DNA from: Acaryochloris marina MBIC11017
GTDB lineage: Bacteria > Cyanobacteriota > Cyanobacteriia > Thermosynechococcales > Thermosynechococcaceae
Assembly: GCF_000018105.1 (NCBI RefSeq)
Contig: NC_009925.1
Coordinates: forward strand, 3,810,001-3,842,000
Direction: 5' to 3'
DNA length: 32,000 nucleotides
A program made the translations under genes and the position numbers. Of the stretch, positions 31,366 through 32,000 are shown one piece after another (the stretch's first letter is position 1; every line of letters begins with the position of its first letter). The notes under the pieces were generated by a model. The model was not told the DNA's origin and ran no database searches. It saw nothing but the letters and a program-made list of their open reading frames with translations.

Positions 31366-32000
31366 ATGGTTTTTAATTGGTTTCGTCGCCAATTTAATAA
31401 GGAAGAAGCTGAGGAGCAAGATACACCACCTGCAGTGGAAGCGGAGCAAGATGCCCCCAGCGACGACAGTGAAGATAGCGACGATGCCGAAGAGACCAGT
31501 GAAGCTGAAGATTATCGCAGTTGGGCCGAGACAGCCTTCCAAAAGATCCAAGAGCGACAGCAAGAAACTACTGCTGAGACCGTTGCACCAGCCGTCGATG
31601 CTAAAAGTACCTCAACAGATGAAGTAATCGTTTCCCCAGACGTCGAGGTAGAGAGCTCCGCAGTAGCTGAGGTCACCCCAGAAGCTGACCCTGAGCCTTC
31701 TCCAGAGGCCACCTCCACCACGGCTGAAATCGAGGAAATTGATGCAGTCGCACCCGAGGTTGCCTCTTCTCCTGAGCCGATTGCAGCAACTCCAGCACCG
31801 GTTGCAAAAACTGAATCGCCTAGCCAAACCTCCCCTCCCGCCAAACCTTCTCCCTCAGATCTGCAGTTTGATGAAGGGTTTTTATGGTCTGCGGAAGTAT
31901 TAGCAGCCCAGGGCCGTCGTCCTGAAGAAGTCTCCGTTGAAGAGATTTCCTGGCTGCAAAAGCTGCGCCAAGGACTAGGCAAAACACGACGGGGTTTAGC
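31366..32000 (+). CDS. ftsY: Signal recognition particle receptor FtsY, N-terminal part. The gene runs off the right edge of the window.
   Basis: Not in the ORF track because there is no stop. ATG 31366 gives MVFNWFRRQFNKEEAEEQD..., followed by a long acidic A-domain and then ...EEISWLQKLRQGLGKTRRGL, the start of the conserved N domain. The antisense ORFs 31512-31982 and 31612-31827 are artefacts of this region. Confidence 0.85.
   Translation, partial: MVFNWFRRQFNKEEAEEQDTPPAVEAEQDAPSDDSEDSDDAEETSEAEDYRSWAETAFQKIQERQQETTAETVAPAVDAKSTSTDEVIVSPDVEVESSAVAEVTPEADPEPSPEATSTTAEIEEIDAVAPEVASSPEPIAATPAPVAKTESPSQTSPPAKPSPSDLQFDEGFLWSAEVLAAQGRRPEEVSVEEISWLQKLRQGLGKTRRGL

Noticed and set aside
31512-31982. 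156-aa and 71-aa ORFs on the - strand
   Set aside because: They are antisense to the acidic A-domain of ftsY. The + frame from ATG 31366 gives the canonical FtsY N-terminus (MVFNWFRR...) and the LQKLRQGLGKTR motif.
1-32000. CRISPR arrays, IS elements or transposases, integrases, rRNA, restriction-modification or other known defence systems
   Set aside because: I saw no regularly spaced direct repeats. I saw no DDE, serine or tyrosine recombinase motifs in any listed ORF. I saw no terminal inverted repeats flanking the AT-rich segments.

Overview
This looks like a chromosomal segment of a cyanobacterium. The evidence is at least 12 copies of the HIP1 palindrome GCGATCGC, plus psbY, the phylloquinone genes menC-menE, a DesB-type lipid desaturase, lipA and a nusB-ftsY pair. 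Gene density is high on both strands and most genes are ordinary housekeeping or envelope functions: a Ser/Thr kinase with SH3b domains, an M15 peptidase, a HAD hydrolase, TM2 proteins, a VOC protein, a gamma-CA-like protein, an SLH protein, two TPR proteins, a GT4 glycosyltransferase and a MidA-type methyltransferase. I found no CRISPR array, transposase or rRNA. The most interesting locus is 11193-14528. It holds a tight cluster of tRNA-type genes whose 5' acceptor strands are defective. Gene 1 has mismatches at 1-72 and 2-71, gene 2 at 1-72 and 7-66, and a third tRNA-derived element has no 5' acceptor strand at all. A highly structured leader follows, then an apparent operon of three genes: a repeat-containing SPFH/band-7 protein, a PNKP/T4-Pnk-type polynucleotide 5'-kinase, and a Thg1-like 3'-5' nucleotidyltransferase (TLP) whose start overlaps the kinase stop as ATGA. 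I interpret this as a candidate bacterial tRNA 5'-end editing/repair module. That reading is a hypothesis, and the alternative is a decaying tRNA array that sits next to an RNA-repair pair by chance. Secondary observations: an orphan colicin/pyocin-type immunity gene next to a visibly AT-rich ABC exporter; a 486-nt ORF-free spacer between convergent genes that has a near-consensus promoter and a strong hairpin; an AT-rich XRE-containing islet; a psbY gene absent from the ORF track; and a Shine-Dalgarno-sequestering helix in front of a small Cys-rich ORF.
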